A DNA stretch of 64,000 bases from Octopus vulgaris (lineage: Eukaryota), in contig OX597824.1 in assembly GCA_951406725.2 (NCBI GenBank), positions 70,742,001 through 70,806,000 of the forward strand, given 5' to 3'. This document shows, piece after piece, positions 1 through 11,734 of this stretch. Within the stretch, counting starts at the first letter, position 1; every line of letters begins with the position of its first letter. The position numbers were made by a program, and so were the translations under genes. The notes under the pieces were generated by a model. The model was not told where the DNA came from and made no database searches. It saw nothing but the letters and a program-made list of their open reading frames with translations.

Positions 1-317
1 CGGGGACGTACACGAACTAACAAGCGCTGATGTGGGGACAAGCACACACACACATACACACACGACTGTGAAAGGTAAAATACACTCCTCTTACACTATT
101 TTCATCTTTCCTCTGTTCGCCTTTCTCCCCATCCTCTCTCTCTCTCTCTACCTCGCTCTCTCCCTCTTTTCTATCTATAGCGTCTTCAGTTGCCTGACGA
201 TCAAACAATGAGAAACTCCGAGAAACGACTTACACAGCTTCATCTATGAATAAACATTCTTCCACTTTATCAAACAGCATTCAGTAACTCCTTTCGCTCA
301 ACTGCATTTCACACCAG

Positions 318-400
318 AGTTATACAGTATAAAGTTATTCTGAGAACGCAACAGCTACCTACACCATCATCACAACCGCCTCGACGAAACACACAAACAC
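318..400 (+). CDS. Candidate internal exon A of an unidentified + strand gene (VIQYKVILRTQQLPTPSSQPPRRNTQT)
   Basis: Pyrimidine-rich ...cacaccag acceptor, one open frame, weak gtacat donor; phase 1 out, matching exon B. No homology recognised. Confidence 0.2.
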
Positions 401-436
401 GTACATTAGTTCTGAATTTGCCAACATTGATAAGAA

Positions 437-905
437 TATGTGGTCTTCTGTGTATGGCCGTCTGTGTGTGGCCGTCAGTGTGTGACCGTCTGTGTGTGTG
501 GCCGTCTGTGAGTGGCCGTCTGTGTGTGGCCGTCTGTATGTGGCCTTCTGTGTGTGGCCGTCTGTGTGTGGCCGTCTGTGTGTGGCCGTCTATGTGTGGC
601 TGCCTGTGTGTGGCCGTCTGTGTGAGGCCGTCTATGTGTGGCCGTCTGTGTGTGGCCATATGTGCGTGACCGTCTGTGTGTGTGGCCGTCTGTGTGTGGC
701 CGTCTATGTGTAGCTGTCCGTGTGTGGCCGCCTGTGTGTGGCCGTCTGTGTGTGGCCGTCTGTGTGTGGCCGCCTGTGTGTGGCCGTCTGTGTGTGGCCG
801 TCTGTGTGTGGCCGCCTGTGTGTGGACGTCTGTGTGTGGCCTTCTGTGTGTGACCGTCTGTGTGTGGCCGTCTGTGTGTGGCCGTCTGTGTGTGGCCGTC
901 TGTGT
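437..905. repeat. 14-bp minisatellite (GGCCGTCTGTGTGT)n, about 33 units
   Basis: Directly visible tandem units with occasional substitutions and +/- TG. Confidence 0.95.
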
Positions 906-1204
906 CTGTATGTAAAAGTGTTAGAAGGGAGAGACATGTTCAAGTTTTCAGGAGGTATGGTCATTTGCGTAAAAGACAGTGAAGCATGCAGAATCAGTTA
1001 TGTAACGTACAAATAGCTCCACTCCTTACATACAAGAAAGGTAATCAATATACAAACTCACAAACCAAATTGTACACAGCATTCAGATACTTAACTAAGA
1101 TAGTCTTTGTTCGGCATATGTGGGTGTATGTGTGTGCGTGTGTGTGTGGATGGGTGTGGGGTGCGTGTGTGTGTGTAGCTATACACATATGTATTTATGC
1201 ATAA

Positions 1205-1215
<11 letters not shown>

Positions 1216-1259
<44 letters not shown>

Positions 1260-1329
1260 GGTGTATGAACTTATATGTATATGTACATATGCATGTATGT
1301 GTATGCATTTATATTCACATATATATATG

Positions 1330-1394
<65 letters not shown>

Positions 1395-1444
1395 ACGTAT
1401 GCACACACACACCACATACACACACACATACACACACACACACA

Positions 1445-1486
<42 letters not shown>
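1216..1486. repeat. Compound (TA)n/(TG)n/(CA)n microsatellite
   Basis: Visible dinucleotide runs. Confidence 0.95.
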
Positions 1487-1488
<2 letters not shown>

Positions 1489-1774
1489 ATACATATATAT
1501 AACAGGAACTATGTAACCATTTTCATTGGCTTACAGCTGTCTCTGATATAAGAAGCAGTACACTCAGAGCTGAATGCTTATGCGTCGCATTATAGCTTCC
1601 CCGGAACTCTTAAAATGAACTGTAGGTTTATTTGGGAAATTATTTAAATACATGGACAAGGTCACCATCAAAACGATAAAAAAGATTGGAGAAAAAAAAT
1701 TAAGTGAAATGTTTTGTAGATATTTTCATAGTCTTTAAAGAGGTAAATATTTCCATTCCTCAGATAGTTCCTTG

Positions 1775-2490
1775 ACCATTTCTGTGAACACATTACGAAT
1801 TACCCATGTCAGCATATTCATAAACAAAAATACAAGCCAAACTTCAGCAAAAGAGAATGGGCTAAGCTGAACAGATTAAAAGAGGATAAAACAATCACAA
1901 TCAAAGAGACGGTCAAAGGGCGTGCAATAGTCTTAATGGACACGGTATATTATATAACCGTAGTACTATCTTGTGAAAGGTAGGAAATTCCAGTTTGCTG
2001 GACATTGTTGTAGAGCTGAAAACAAGGCAATTTCTACTCTTCTCCTCGGGAAGCCATCTACACGCAATACCAGAGGACGCACACTCTCCTACCCTGATGT
2101 AATCTCCAGGGATACAGGCATCCAGCAACAGGACCTCCGTAATGCTATGATGGACCGTGAAGTCTGGCGTAGCATGGTAAATTCCATTGTCTCGAACAAT
2201 GATGATGATGAGTACTATCCATATTAGAAGACAAACATATTATGAAAAGGTACAACACTACAGTCAGAGAAACCTAAAAACAATGTTAAACCCGTACAGA
2301 GTAGGTCTCTTCGATAAGGAATACGACTATATGACTAACTTCAATAGTAAACCCAGTCAACTCTACGGTATTTCTAAGATACACAAAAGTGAAAAAAATG
2401 AGTAACGCATGCAGGGGAACCACAGACATAATAGTCAAGGTACCTACTCCTAATGACCTCAAATTAAGATCCATAATAGTAGGCCTCGCC
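1775..2490 (+). mobile_element. Decayed Penelope-like element RT fragment, interrupted by an RTE-like insertion
   Basis: Translations LKEDKTITIKETVKGRAIVLMD (cf. IKxADKGxxxVxMD), KEYDYMTNF..SQLYGISKIHKS (cf. YGLPKIHK) and PNDLKLRSIIVG (cf. LRPIV), with frameshifts. Confidence 0.8.
1971..2210 (+). mobile_element. 5'-truncated RTE-clade-like LINE 3' end with (GAT)n tail and 9-bp TSD
   Basis: RKFQFAGHCCR...AMMDREVWRSMV is typical of RTE-group C-termini; tail aatgatgatgatg; TSD agtactatc at 1962-1970 and 2211-2219. Confidence 0.75.
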
Positions 2491-2954
2491 TATAAATATA
2501 TATTTATATATTAAATATACGTACGTGTGTGTATGTGAACGGGTGTTGTGTGTGTGAGCATGTGTGCATAATAGATAATAAATGCTTGTGTTAACCTATA
2601 TGAAAATGTATTCAAGGCAACAAGTAAAATTTGAATGTTTTCATTCTTAAGGTGAAACTTCCCAAGTAACAACTTGCCGTTTCAGATCCTCAAACAAGCC
2701 GAAAATTGCACAATACATCAATAATTCAATTTTTCATAAAATAGACTTAGTGAAAAGAAAAAAAAAAAAGAAAAAATTTCTTTTTGAATGATCAAAAGAA
2801 TTCTTAAGAATCCTGTTGGACATAAATGCATAATGGCTTTTGAAGAAAACAAAAAAGAAGTGAAATAAAATATTGACAGAACGAGAACAATAGTTGATGG
2901 GATTCGTGATAGAAAAACTTGAGGGAAAGTTAACCGGGAAGGACTGTTGGGGCA

Positions 2955-3110
2955 GGAATGACTATGTGGTTACGAAACCCGTTTGCAATCACGTGAGGTG
3001 TCTCACTGCGCGGCACCTTGGGCAAAAGTTTCCGCTACAGCTCCGGGTCGACTAATGCGTTGGGACTGAATTTGGTAGACGGAAACTGTGTAGAAACCCG
3101 TTGAGTGTCT
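2955..3110 (+). mobile_element. SINE family A, diverged 5' part
   Basis: Matches family A motifs cttgggcaa...gaatttggtagacggaaactg. Confidence 0.7.
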
Positions 3111-3126
3111 GTATATATATAAAATA

Positions 3127-3370
3127 AATGCGCCCTTTTAAAGCCTAGCCAGGCTCATGGGTCCGGTTTCCCGGTTTCAATGGCGTATGTGTTCCCCAGC
3201 TGAACGGGACGCCAGTCCATCGCAGCGTTACTCATTTTTGCCAGCTGAGAGGACTGGAGCAACGTGAAATGAAGTGTTTTGCTCAAGAACAAAACGCGTC
3301 GCCGGGTCCAGGAGTCGAAACCACAATCTTACGATCATGATGCTGACACCCTAACCACTAAGCCACGCGC
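3127..3370 (-). mobile_element. tRNA-derived SINE family C
   Basis: Reverse complement has A box tggcttagtgg, B-box-like gtttcgactcc and core ttgagcaaaacacttcatttcacgttgctccagt. Confidence 0.8.
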
Positions 3371-3399
3371 GTCCACGCGCACACACACACGCGCGCGCG

Positions 3400-3440
<41 letters not shown>

Positions 3441-4224
3441 ACACACACATATATATATAATTAAATATATTCATAAATAAATAAATATATATATATATTT
3501 AAATATATTCATAAACGTAAGTCTTAGTAAACTAATCTGGCATCTCAAAGACTGTAATAAATAATTTTCTTTGGATTTGAAAATTATGTCAAAACCGTTT
3601 CCCTACGATAAAGGGAAATCTTTATGCTTTCTTTGTACGGACGAACAACTATTTATCCTTTTTTCCAAACATACACTGGTCAACACCGATAAAGAACGCG
3701 TTTATAAGTGTCTACATTGGAAAAAGCACTCTTTCAGCTATTTCAAATAATATCTGCCCCCTTACCTAATAATATCTGCAACTTACACTTTATTTTTTCA
3801 TCCCATATATCCCATTCTTTTCTTCATCTTTTCTAGCCACATGTCATTCACCTTCTACTTGTTTATACGTCCATTACTCCTTTAATTCTCTTTCTCTCTT
3901 CCTTTTCTTCTCTCGTCCTATGACGTCAAATTTCTTAACGGTATTCTAAAATTACTAGCGTTCCCTATCCACTTTTGCTTTCTATATATTATATATATTA
4001 TATATTATAGTTTCTTACACCTGTAAAAATGGCTTATTGATGAGCACTTTTGTTTATAATCTCCTCCCCGTTGAGATTGATGCATTTTTCCACATTATTC
4101 TTCCTCTCAGATTTATTTTAATATATCGATCGAAACATATGTCGGTGATATGGTGATATAAATGATTTAAATAACATCTTGTGCGTTTGTCTCCATTTTC
4201 CATTGCTCTTATGTGCGTGTATGT

Positions 4225-4421
4225 TTGCCTCTTATCCACCACTTGGCAAGCAGTGTTGGTTTGTTTACGTCCCCCTAAAGATAGCGGTTCGGTGGAGGGG
4301 TCTGATGGAATAAATACCAGACTTACAAAAAGAAAACAATAAGTTGTGGACGTCGATTTGTTCGACTAAACGACTTCTAGGCTTTGCCCCAGCATCGCCG
4401 CAGTCTGAAACAAGTAAAAGG
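4225..4421 (+). mobile_element. SINE family A, 3' half (diverged)
   Basis: gtttacgtcccc...gatttgttcgactaa...cagcat..cgcagtc..gaaacaagtaaaag. Confidence 0.7.
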
Positions 4422-4905
4422 CGACCAAATTGATAACGAGAAAGAAACGGTGAAGAATAAGAAGGCAAAAATTGACATATAAATGGGAACAGATAAAAGA
4501 GAAAGGAAGATACAGAGACAAAGAAAAGTGCAATATTAATGGCATTGTCTCAGCCACAAAGATCTTTAGGAGGAAGAGTATAAAATAGCATGAAACAAGG
4601 TTACAATTATACAGTTCATGTCTATGCAAAAAGGCAAACAAAGGAACCTGTATTATATAGCATAGCAAAAATTATAAAAGAGCCTTTTGTAACCGGGACC
4701 AAATAAAACGGTAAGATATAAATGCGAGCGATCATAAATACACATATGTGCATATATAAATATGTGTAAGTATATATTTATATATATGTATATGTGAGTT
4801 GCGCACGCGCCTATACATAGATATATGTTGCATTATCTATCTAGCTATCTATCGATCTATACATCCATCTCTCTTTTTCCTTCTCTCACTCTCCTTCTCT
4901 CTCTC

Positions 4906-4996
<91 letters not shown>

Positions 4997-5095
4997 ACAC
5001 ACAGTCCGCTAAAAAATGTATACACACTTCAAGGAACACGTGTAAAATATAAAAATATAAAATTTATTGAGTCATTTCAAGATTAATACCAGTTG

Positions 5096-5134
<39 letters not shown>

Positions 5135-5227
5135 TAATATCAGCGTAATAAAGTTTTTAGAAATTTTTACTACCATTGGCCTAGCGTATAGAAAAATTAG
5201 TCAATAGACTATATAAAATTCATATAA

Positions 5228-5644
5228 AATACAGTGTACATTTAAACACATTAAGAGGTATCCATCATAGGACTCCCTTACGCTAGAAGGAACAGCTAAA
5301 GCCCAAACCAGGAATTAGGGATAAATTTTATTGCTGCCGACAAAAACTGCGCTTGCGCGGTGAATTTGAAAAATTAAAATGTATAAGCAAGAGACACATA
5401 CTGGATTAACCTCGTGTTTATATGTTTAATCTTGACGTACCTGTTGACGAAGACTTCGTCTGGAAAATTGTTTCATTTGCTAAAAAAATTCAGAAACCAT
5501 GGTCCAGGAAATAGATGGTAAATGTTTTTATTTTTCATTCCCTTCGAGAATTTGTCCCTAATTAGTGGTTTGGATTTTAGCTGTTCCTTCTAGCGTAAGG
5601 CCTATGATGGATGCCTCTTAATGTATTTAAATGTACATTGTATT
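5228..5644 (+). mobile_element. Hammerhead-bearing repeat with an inverted copy of its 3' part (Penelope pseudo-LTR-like)
   Basis: Arms 5228-5320 and 5556-5644 are reverse complements; internal 5335-5640 is homologous to 44408-44700. Confidence 0.7.
5440..5508 (+). ncRNA. Degenerate type I hammerhead ribozyme (core C3 changed to U)
   Basis: CCTG-ttgacga-[eroded stem II]-GAAA-CCATGG-TC-CAGG: perfect 4-bp stem I and palindromic stem III. Confidence 0.6.
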
Positions 5645-5664
5645 ATATATATATATAAAGAGTA

Positions 5665-5950
5665 AAGACCACCTCTGGTCATGAATGAACAAGGGATTAC
5701 ACCTAGAAAGTTACCCTCCAATGCATACCAGCTCCACCTCTCCCTGCCACTGATGTTATCCAAGGGAAAGGGAAAGGCCGATACAGCTTGGCATCAGCGA
5801 CGTCGCAACTCATTTCTGCAGAAGAGGGAACTGGAGCAACGTGAAAATAAAGTGTCTTGCTCAAAAACATAACACGCAGCCCGGTCCGAGAATCGAACTC
5901 ACTACTTCATGACTGTGAACTCGACACTTTAACGACTGAGCCATGCGCCT
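5665..5950 (-). mobile_element. tRNA-derived SINE family C
   Basis: Reverse complement starts aggcgcatggctcagtcgttaa; homologous to 49774-50103. Confidence 0.8.
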
Positions 5951-6235
5951 TCATTAATTTTATATTCGAGTATACACCTTATTGTATATTGTTTAAAGCC
6001 CGTGCACAATATTCGGGTACTTGGTGTCAACAACAGTATGGGGGTATAAGCTACTGGATTTGCTTCAGGAATTCCCTTGGGTTCGTAGAGACTATATTAA
6101 ACATATGAGAGACTCTTTATTCAGAACTGGCGCATGCTGGATCGAAACGATCATAGTGATTCTGAACAGTCTCATGTATTCCATTTTTTGTTTCTCATAC
6201 ATCACACACACACATGTGTATGTGTCTATGTGTAT

Positions 6236-6614
6236 GGAAGCACTCCGTCGGTTACGACGACGAGGGTTCCGGTTGATCTGATCAACGGAACAGCCTGCTC
6301 GTGAAATTAACGTGTAAGTGGCTGAGCACTCCACAGACACGTGTACCCTTAACGCAGTTCTCGGGGATATTCAGCGTGACACAGAGAGTGACAAGGCCGG
6401 CCCTTTGAAATACAGGTACAACAGAAACAGGAAGTAAGAGTGAGAGAAAGTTGTGGTGAAAGAGTACAGCAGGGATCACCACCATCCCTGCCGGAGCCTC
6501 GTGGAGCTTTTAGGTGTTTTTGCTCAATAAACACTCACAACGCCCGGTCTGGGAATCGAAACCGCGATCCTACGACCGCGAGTCTGCTGCCCTAACCACT
6601 GGGCCATTGCGCCT
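6236..6614 (-). mobile_element. tRNA-derived SINE (family C-like head, different body)
   Basis: Head ggcgcaatggcccagtggttagggcagcagactcgcgg..ggtttcgattccc; body shared with 40865-41170. Confidence 0.75.
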
Positions 6615-7196
6615 CCCTATGTGTATACGTATATACATACACACGCACAACACTTCCTTGTGGAGCCGTTGCAGCATACGGCACATCTGGGCGATTTTAA
6701 ATGTAACAGAGATCGAACATTCTCCAAGCCTGATCGCAGCCGACTTATTGCTGAATGAGAAAGGAATCCACCATAGCACTGGTCTAGTACTTTATTTAAT
6801 GGCTCGAAAGAAAATGAAAGGCAAAGTTGACATCTCCAAGATTTGAACTCAAAGCGCAGAGAGACGAAACGAACACTGCAAAGTGATCTAACAGCCCAAG
6901 GGCTCCACCAACCTCACATACGAAAACAATATTACGTAGATAGATATGTAGACAGACAATAGACACAATGGCTATTGTTTGAACAATAATTACGCATAAT
7001 TTGGTGTTGGTCAGTCTATGGATTATCTTACATTAAACAATAGCATAAGCTACGAGAGCAGGATTCCCTTTTCATCAATGCTAATGTCCAGTAGCAGCTT
7101 GTCTTTAATGGCTTGCTAAAACCGTTATGAATATGGTATTATTTTCGTTGTTGCTTAGCCACAGGCAACCCATGAACCAGCGGACCTGGTTTTAGT

Positions 7197-7260
<64 letters not shown>

Positions 7261-7413
7261 CAGTTCGATCCTGACTGAACTTCCTACTCTTTGGACTTGC
7301 ATATCTTCACCACTTCCCTAACTTTCAGCATCACTCCTCATCCACAAACCAGTACCTCGATTACCACTGGATCTATTGACTCCACCTTCACGGATTTCAC
7401 TGGACCTTTTTGT

Positions 7414-7451
<38 letters not shown>

Positions 7452-7455
<4 letters not shown>

Positions 7456-7594
7456 GGAAAGAAATAAGATGAAAACACACAAAAGATTTGTTTTACAAGA
7501 CTAAAGAATCATAATGGCAAAAGCATTATACAATATGGTACAAAATAAGATTTTTAACAAATCTTCTGTTTTTTCATCTTATTTCTTTCCGTAT
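7452..7594. repeat. About 40-bp inverted repeat
   Basis: tacggaaagaaataagatgaaaa...agatttgtt vs aacaaatct...ttttcatcttatttctttccgta. Confidence 0.8.
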
Positions 7595-7677
7595 GTATTC
7601 AGCCATGTGTAATCACCCACCATACTTTCATGCATATGAGTGTTGTAGTTCGCTTCAAGCATTGTAGCACCGTAGAA

Positions 7678-7979
7678 GGGAAAGAAAAGGGAAAATAAGG
7701 AAGCTTCTGACAATGCGGGAAGTTTTATAAAGACTTTCATATTTCAGGCGCAAAGACCCATCCTCATAAGTAAACAGTCCAGTTACAGAGATTCTGTTAC
7801 CCCACTCAAACTCCTTGGCATTATGTTAGCAGCAGAAGTAGTTGTTCTCTATCTGTTGTGTAACAGGACACTTCTCAAACTGTTTCCTTCTGACGATGGG
7901 CCTTTGCGCCTGAAATATAAGGGCTTTTGTAAAACTTTGCACATTGTCAGAAGCTTTCTTATTTTCTCTTTTCTTTCCC
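7678..7979. repeat. About 90-bp inverted repeat containing a minimal hammerhead (Penelope inverted pLTR-like)
   Basis: 7678-7770 is the diverged reverse complement of 7888-7979. Confidence 0.8.
7886..7923 (+). ncRNA. Minimal type I hammerhead ribozyme
   Basis: CCTT-CTGACGA-T-GGGC(ctttgc)GCCT-GAAA-TA-TA-AGGG. Confidence 0.6.
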
Positions 7980-8021
7980 ATATATATATGCTTAGCGGTA
8001 TTTCATCTGAACAAAATTAGA

Positions 8022-8406
8022 AGGCGGCGAGCTGGCAGAATCGTTAGCACGTCGGGCGAAATGCTTAGCGGTATTTCGTTATGAGTCCAAATTCCGCCGA
8101 GGTCGACTTTGCCTTTCATCCTTTCGGGGTCGATAAATTAAGTACCAGTTAAGCACTGGGGTCGATATAATCGACTTAATACCTATGTCTGTTCATGTTT
8201 GTCCCCTCTATGTTTAGCCCCTTGTGGGTAATAAAGAAATAGGTATTTCATCTGTCTTCACATTCTGAATTCCAATTCGCCCGAGGTCAACTTTGCCTTT
8301 CATCTTCCCGGAGTCGTTAAAATGAATACCAGTTGAGTATTGGAGTCGACGTAATCGACTAGTACTCTCTTCCCTAATTTTAAGCCTTGTACCTATAGCA
8401 GAAAAG

Positions 8407-8459
<53 letters not shown>

Positions 8460-8470
8460 CATTATTATTA
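8022..8470 (+). mobile_element. SINE family B dimer (head-core-tail1-core-tail2) with (ATT)n tail
   Basis: aggcggcgagctggcagaatcgttagc head; core gcctttcatcctttcggggtcgataaa occurs twice; junction at 8241/8242. Confidence 0.85.
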
Positions 8471-8531
8471 TAGGATTGAAATCACGATCTAGCCATCGTG
8501 AGTGCAACACCCAAACCACTGGGCCATGTGT

Positions 8532-8924
8532 CCTTTCTACTCTAGGCACAAGGACCGAAATTTTGGGAGAGAGAGCCAGTCGATTAAATCAACGCCAGTA
8601 CGCAACTGGTACTTAATTTATCGACCCCGAAAGGATGAAAGGCAAAGTCGACCTCGGTGGAATTTGAACTCAGAACGTAAAGACAGACGAAATACCTATT
8701 TCTTTACTACCCACAAGGGGCTAAACACAGAGGGGACAAACAAGGACAGACAGATTAAGTCGATTATATCGACCCCAGTGCGTAACTGGTACTTAATATA
8801 TCGACCCCGAAAGGATGCAAGGCAAAGTCGACCTCGGTGGAATTTGAACTCAGAACGTAGCGGCAGACGAAATACCGCTAAGCATTTCGCCCGGCGTGCT
8901 AACGTTTCTGCCAGCTCGCCGCCT
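8532..8924 (-). mobile_element. SINE family B dimer
   Basis: Same architecture on the minus strand; junction at 8696/8697. Confidence 0.85.
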
Positions 8925-8962
8925 TGTTGCCGAGATATATTGATTCTGAAATATAACAATGC

Positions 8963-9415
8963 GAAGGTGCGTGGCTTGGTTATTAGGATGTCGCACTCAT
9001 GACCATTAGATTGTGATTTCGATTCCTGGACCGGGTGATGTTTTGTGTTCTTGAGCAAAACTCTTTATTTCACGTTGCCGCAGTCCACTCACCAAGTAAA
9101 AATGAGTAATCGTACGACGGACTGGCGTTCCGTCCAGGAGGAATATATATATATCACAGAGACCGAGAAAACAGATTTATAGTAAAGTAAAGTTACCTTC
9201 CCGAGTCATACCGGTTTCCGTGACCTATAAATTTCCCAGCCTGGACGGGACGCCGGCCTGTGGCAGGATTATCCATTTTTGCCAGCAGAGTGAACTGGGG
9301 CAACGTAAAATGAAGTGTTTTGCTGAAGAACACAACACGTCGCCCGGTCCAGGAATCGAAACAACAACCTTATGATCATGAGTCCAACATCTCTAACCAC
9401 TAAGCCACGTGTTTC
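8963..9415. mobile_element. Two family C SINEs tail-to-tail (+ 8963-9180, - 9185-9415)
   Basis: Both carry the tRNA-like head and a ttgagcaaaa..ttcacgttgc-type core. Confidence 0.7.
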
Positions 9416-9725
9416 CACTAAAATCAACCTTATGAGTCTATACGACTCGAGCAGCTACATCATTTTTGTTTTTTTTAATGTAAGAAAGGTCGGATAACAA
9501 GGTCACGGTTGGAATACCGTTTATCATAGGTTTACTCACCTGGGGGCATACTACAACAACAGCAACAATAACTTATAAAAATACATGCTTTTCATTTGTC
9601 TGACATCGTGTTTTATTTTTGTTTTGTTTTTTTTTTGCTTTTGTTTTCGTTAAAAACCTTTCATTTGTACACATCTATACGTTCACCACCCAAGCTCATC
9701 CCCGCCCCTTTTTCCTACACTTCAG

Positions 9726-9795
9726 GAAACCTTTTAAAGGTCACAAATGGGGGTCAACATCTTAAAGTTTCGTCTTTTCATGTGGTTTGTCAAGG
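9726..9795 (+). CDS. Candidate internal exon B (NLLKVTNGGQHLKVSSFHVVCQG)
   Basis: Strong acceptor ccgcccctttttcctacacttcag, donor gg|gtaaat, only one open frame (phase 1 in, 2 out). Confidence 0.35.
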
Positions 9796-9904
9796 GTAAA
9801 TCAGCCAGCCGAAGCCCATCCCCTTTGTCTCCCCCTCCTCCCCCGCTCTCTGTCTCCTTCCTCTTCTTCTTTTTCATCCTCCCCTTCTCATTCTTTCCCA
9901 TCTT

Positions 9905-9971
<67 letters not shown>

Positions 9972-10084
9972 CACACACGCAAAAAAAAAATACCCACTTC
10001 AACTAATGGAAAAGTAGCGAAGCCTTAACAAGTGTGATATATGTTAGAGCGTAAAGTAAAATACCTTGTGGTTAATGTTCTCTC

Positions 10085-10543
10085 CCTTTCTCTATCTTCT
10101 GATTTCAAATCCTTATCAGAGATTTGGTTACACTCTGTTCCTTTATTTGCCGACTTCAAAATCCAGACCCTTATTCTAACCATAGGATTCCATGTTCACT
10201 TCCATGCGTGGCACCTTGTGCAAGTGTCTTCCACTTTAGCCTCAGGCCGACCAAAGCCTTGGGAGTGGATTTGGTTGACGGAGACTGAAAGAAGCCCGTC
10301 GTATATATGTATATATATATATATATATACTCTTTTACTCTTTTACTTGTTTCAGTCATTTGACTGCGGCCATGCTGGAGCACCGCCTTTAGTCGAGCCA
10401 ATCGACCCCGGGACTTATTCTTTGTAAGCCCAGTACTTATTCTATCGGTCTCTTTTTGCCGAACTGCTAAGTGACGGGGACATAAACACACCAGCATCGG
10501 TTGTCAAGCAATGCTAGGCGGACAAACACAGATACACAAACAC

Positions 10544-10578
<35 letters not shown>

Positions 10579-10995
10579 CATATATACGACAGGCTTCTTT
10601 CAGTTTCCGTCTACCAAATCCACTCACAAGGCATTGGTCGGCCCGGGGCTATAGCAGAAGACACTTGCCCAAGGAGCCATGCAGTGGGACTGAACCCGGA
10701 ACCATGTGGTTGGTTAGCAAGCTACTTACCACACAGCCACTCCTGCGCCTTTCTCTATCTTCTGATTTCAAATCCTTATCAGAGATTTGGTTACAATCTG
10801 TCCCTTTATTTGCCGACTTCAAAATCCAGAGCCTTATTCTAACCATAGGATTCCATGTTCACTTCCATGCGTGGCACCTTGTGCAAGTGTCTTCCACTTT
10901 AGCCTCAGACCGACCAAAGCCTTGGGAGTGTATTTGGTTGACGGAGACTGAAAGAAGCCCGTCGTATATATGTATGTATATATATATATATATAC
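10085..10995. repeat. About 245-bp direct repeats (10085-10329, 10748-10995) flanking a SINE
   Basis: cctttctctatcttctgatttc...gaagcccgtcgtatata occurs twice with about 5 substitutions. Confidence 0.9.
10330..10749 (-). mobile_element. Full-length SINE family A
   Basis: Reverse complement runs ggcgcaggagtggctgtgtggtaag ... internal (TA)/(TG) tract ... gaaacaagtaaaagagtaaaagag. Confidence 0.9.
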
Positions 10996-11158
10996 AAAAT
11001 GAGAAAATGGAGAAACATACCTAAATCAATCATCAACCATCAGATAATACCCAATCAATACTTTATTAAACCATTACACAACAGCAATGACATTATACAT
11101 AATATATTGCAAATATAACTAGACATGGAAATAGAAATAGAAAATACAATTACATCGT

Positions 11159-11272
11159 AGCTGACAGCTGTTTCGGCCGTGAAGACAGGTATGTCCCATT
11201 TAACCTATTAGCCATATAAAGCAGGTATAAATGAGACATTAACAAGAATGTCTCACCGCCTCTTCAGAGAAT
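11159..11272 (-). ncRNA. Type I hammerhead core with long stem II; stem I eroded
   Basis: Minus strand: CTGAAGA-GGCGGTGAGACA...TGTCTTCACGGCC-GAAA-CAGCTG-TC-AG. Confidence 0.6.
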
Positions 11273-11434
11273 TTAATGTAAGTATATATATATATATATA
11301 TACGACGTCTACCAAATCCACTCCCAAGGCTACATATATAAACCAGGGTGCGTTGCGTTCAGTTACTTAAGTGGGAAAATGTATAGAAAATGCACAAACG
11401 AATAAACGCATAACGAATGCTCAGACGAACGGAA

Positions 11435-11609
11435 AAACGTATATTGGGTGCAGAAACAGACGGAAAACAAAAACAGAAGGTCCCTAATTCTTCGTCAGTT
11501 ATCAACCAGGTGGTGCGATACTGAGTAATACTATCTGGTTGATAACTGATGAAGAATTAGGAACCTTCTGTTTTTGTTTTCCGTTTCTTTCTGTACTCAG
11601 TATACGTTT
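11435..11609. repeat. Fold-back: 75-bp arms, 25-bp spacer
   Basis: 11435-11509 vs 11535-11609 are near-perfect reverse complements; the arms contain ctgatga/ctgacga. Confidence 0.9.
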
Positions 11610-11734
11610 ATTGTTTGTACATTTACTTATGTATATATATATATATATATTTACACACACACATACATACACACACATACACACACACACACACACATAT
11701 ACACATATATAATGTTTGTGTGTATTTCAGTATG

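Noticed and set aside
194-236. ctgacga...gaaa candidate hammerhead
   Set aside because: Two alternative parses, neither giving UH plus a paired stem I.
437-905. CRISPR-like array or Cys-rich protein
   Set aside because: Units are contiguous with no unique spacers, there are no cas genes, the context is eukaryotic, and the 14-bp period is not a multiple of 3.
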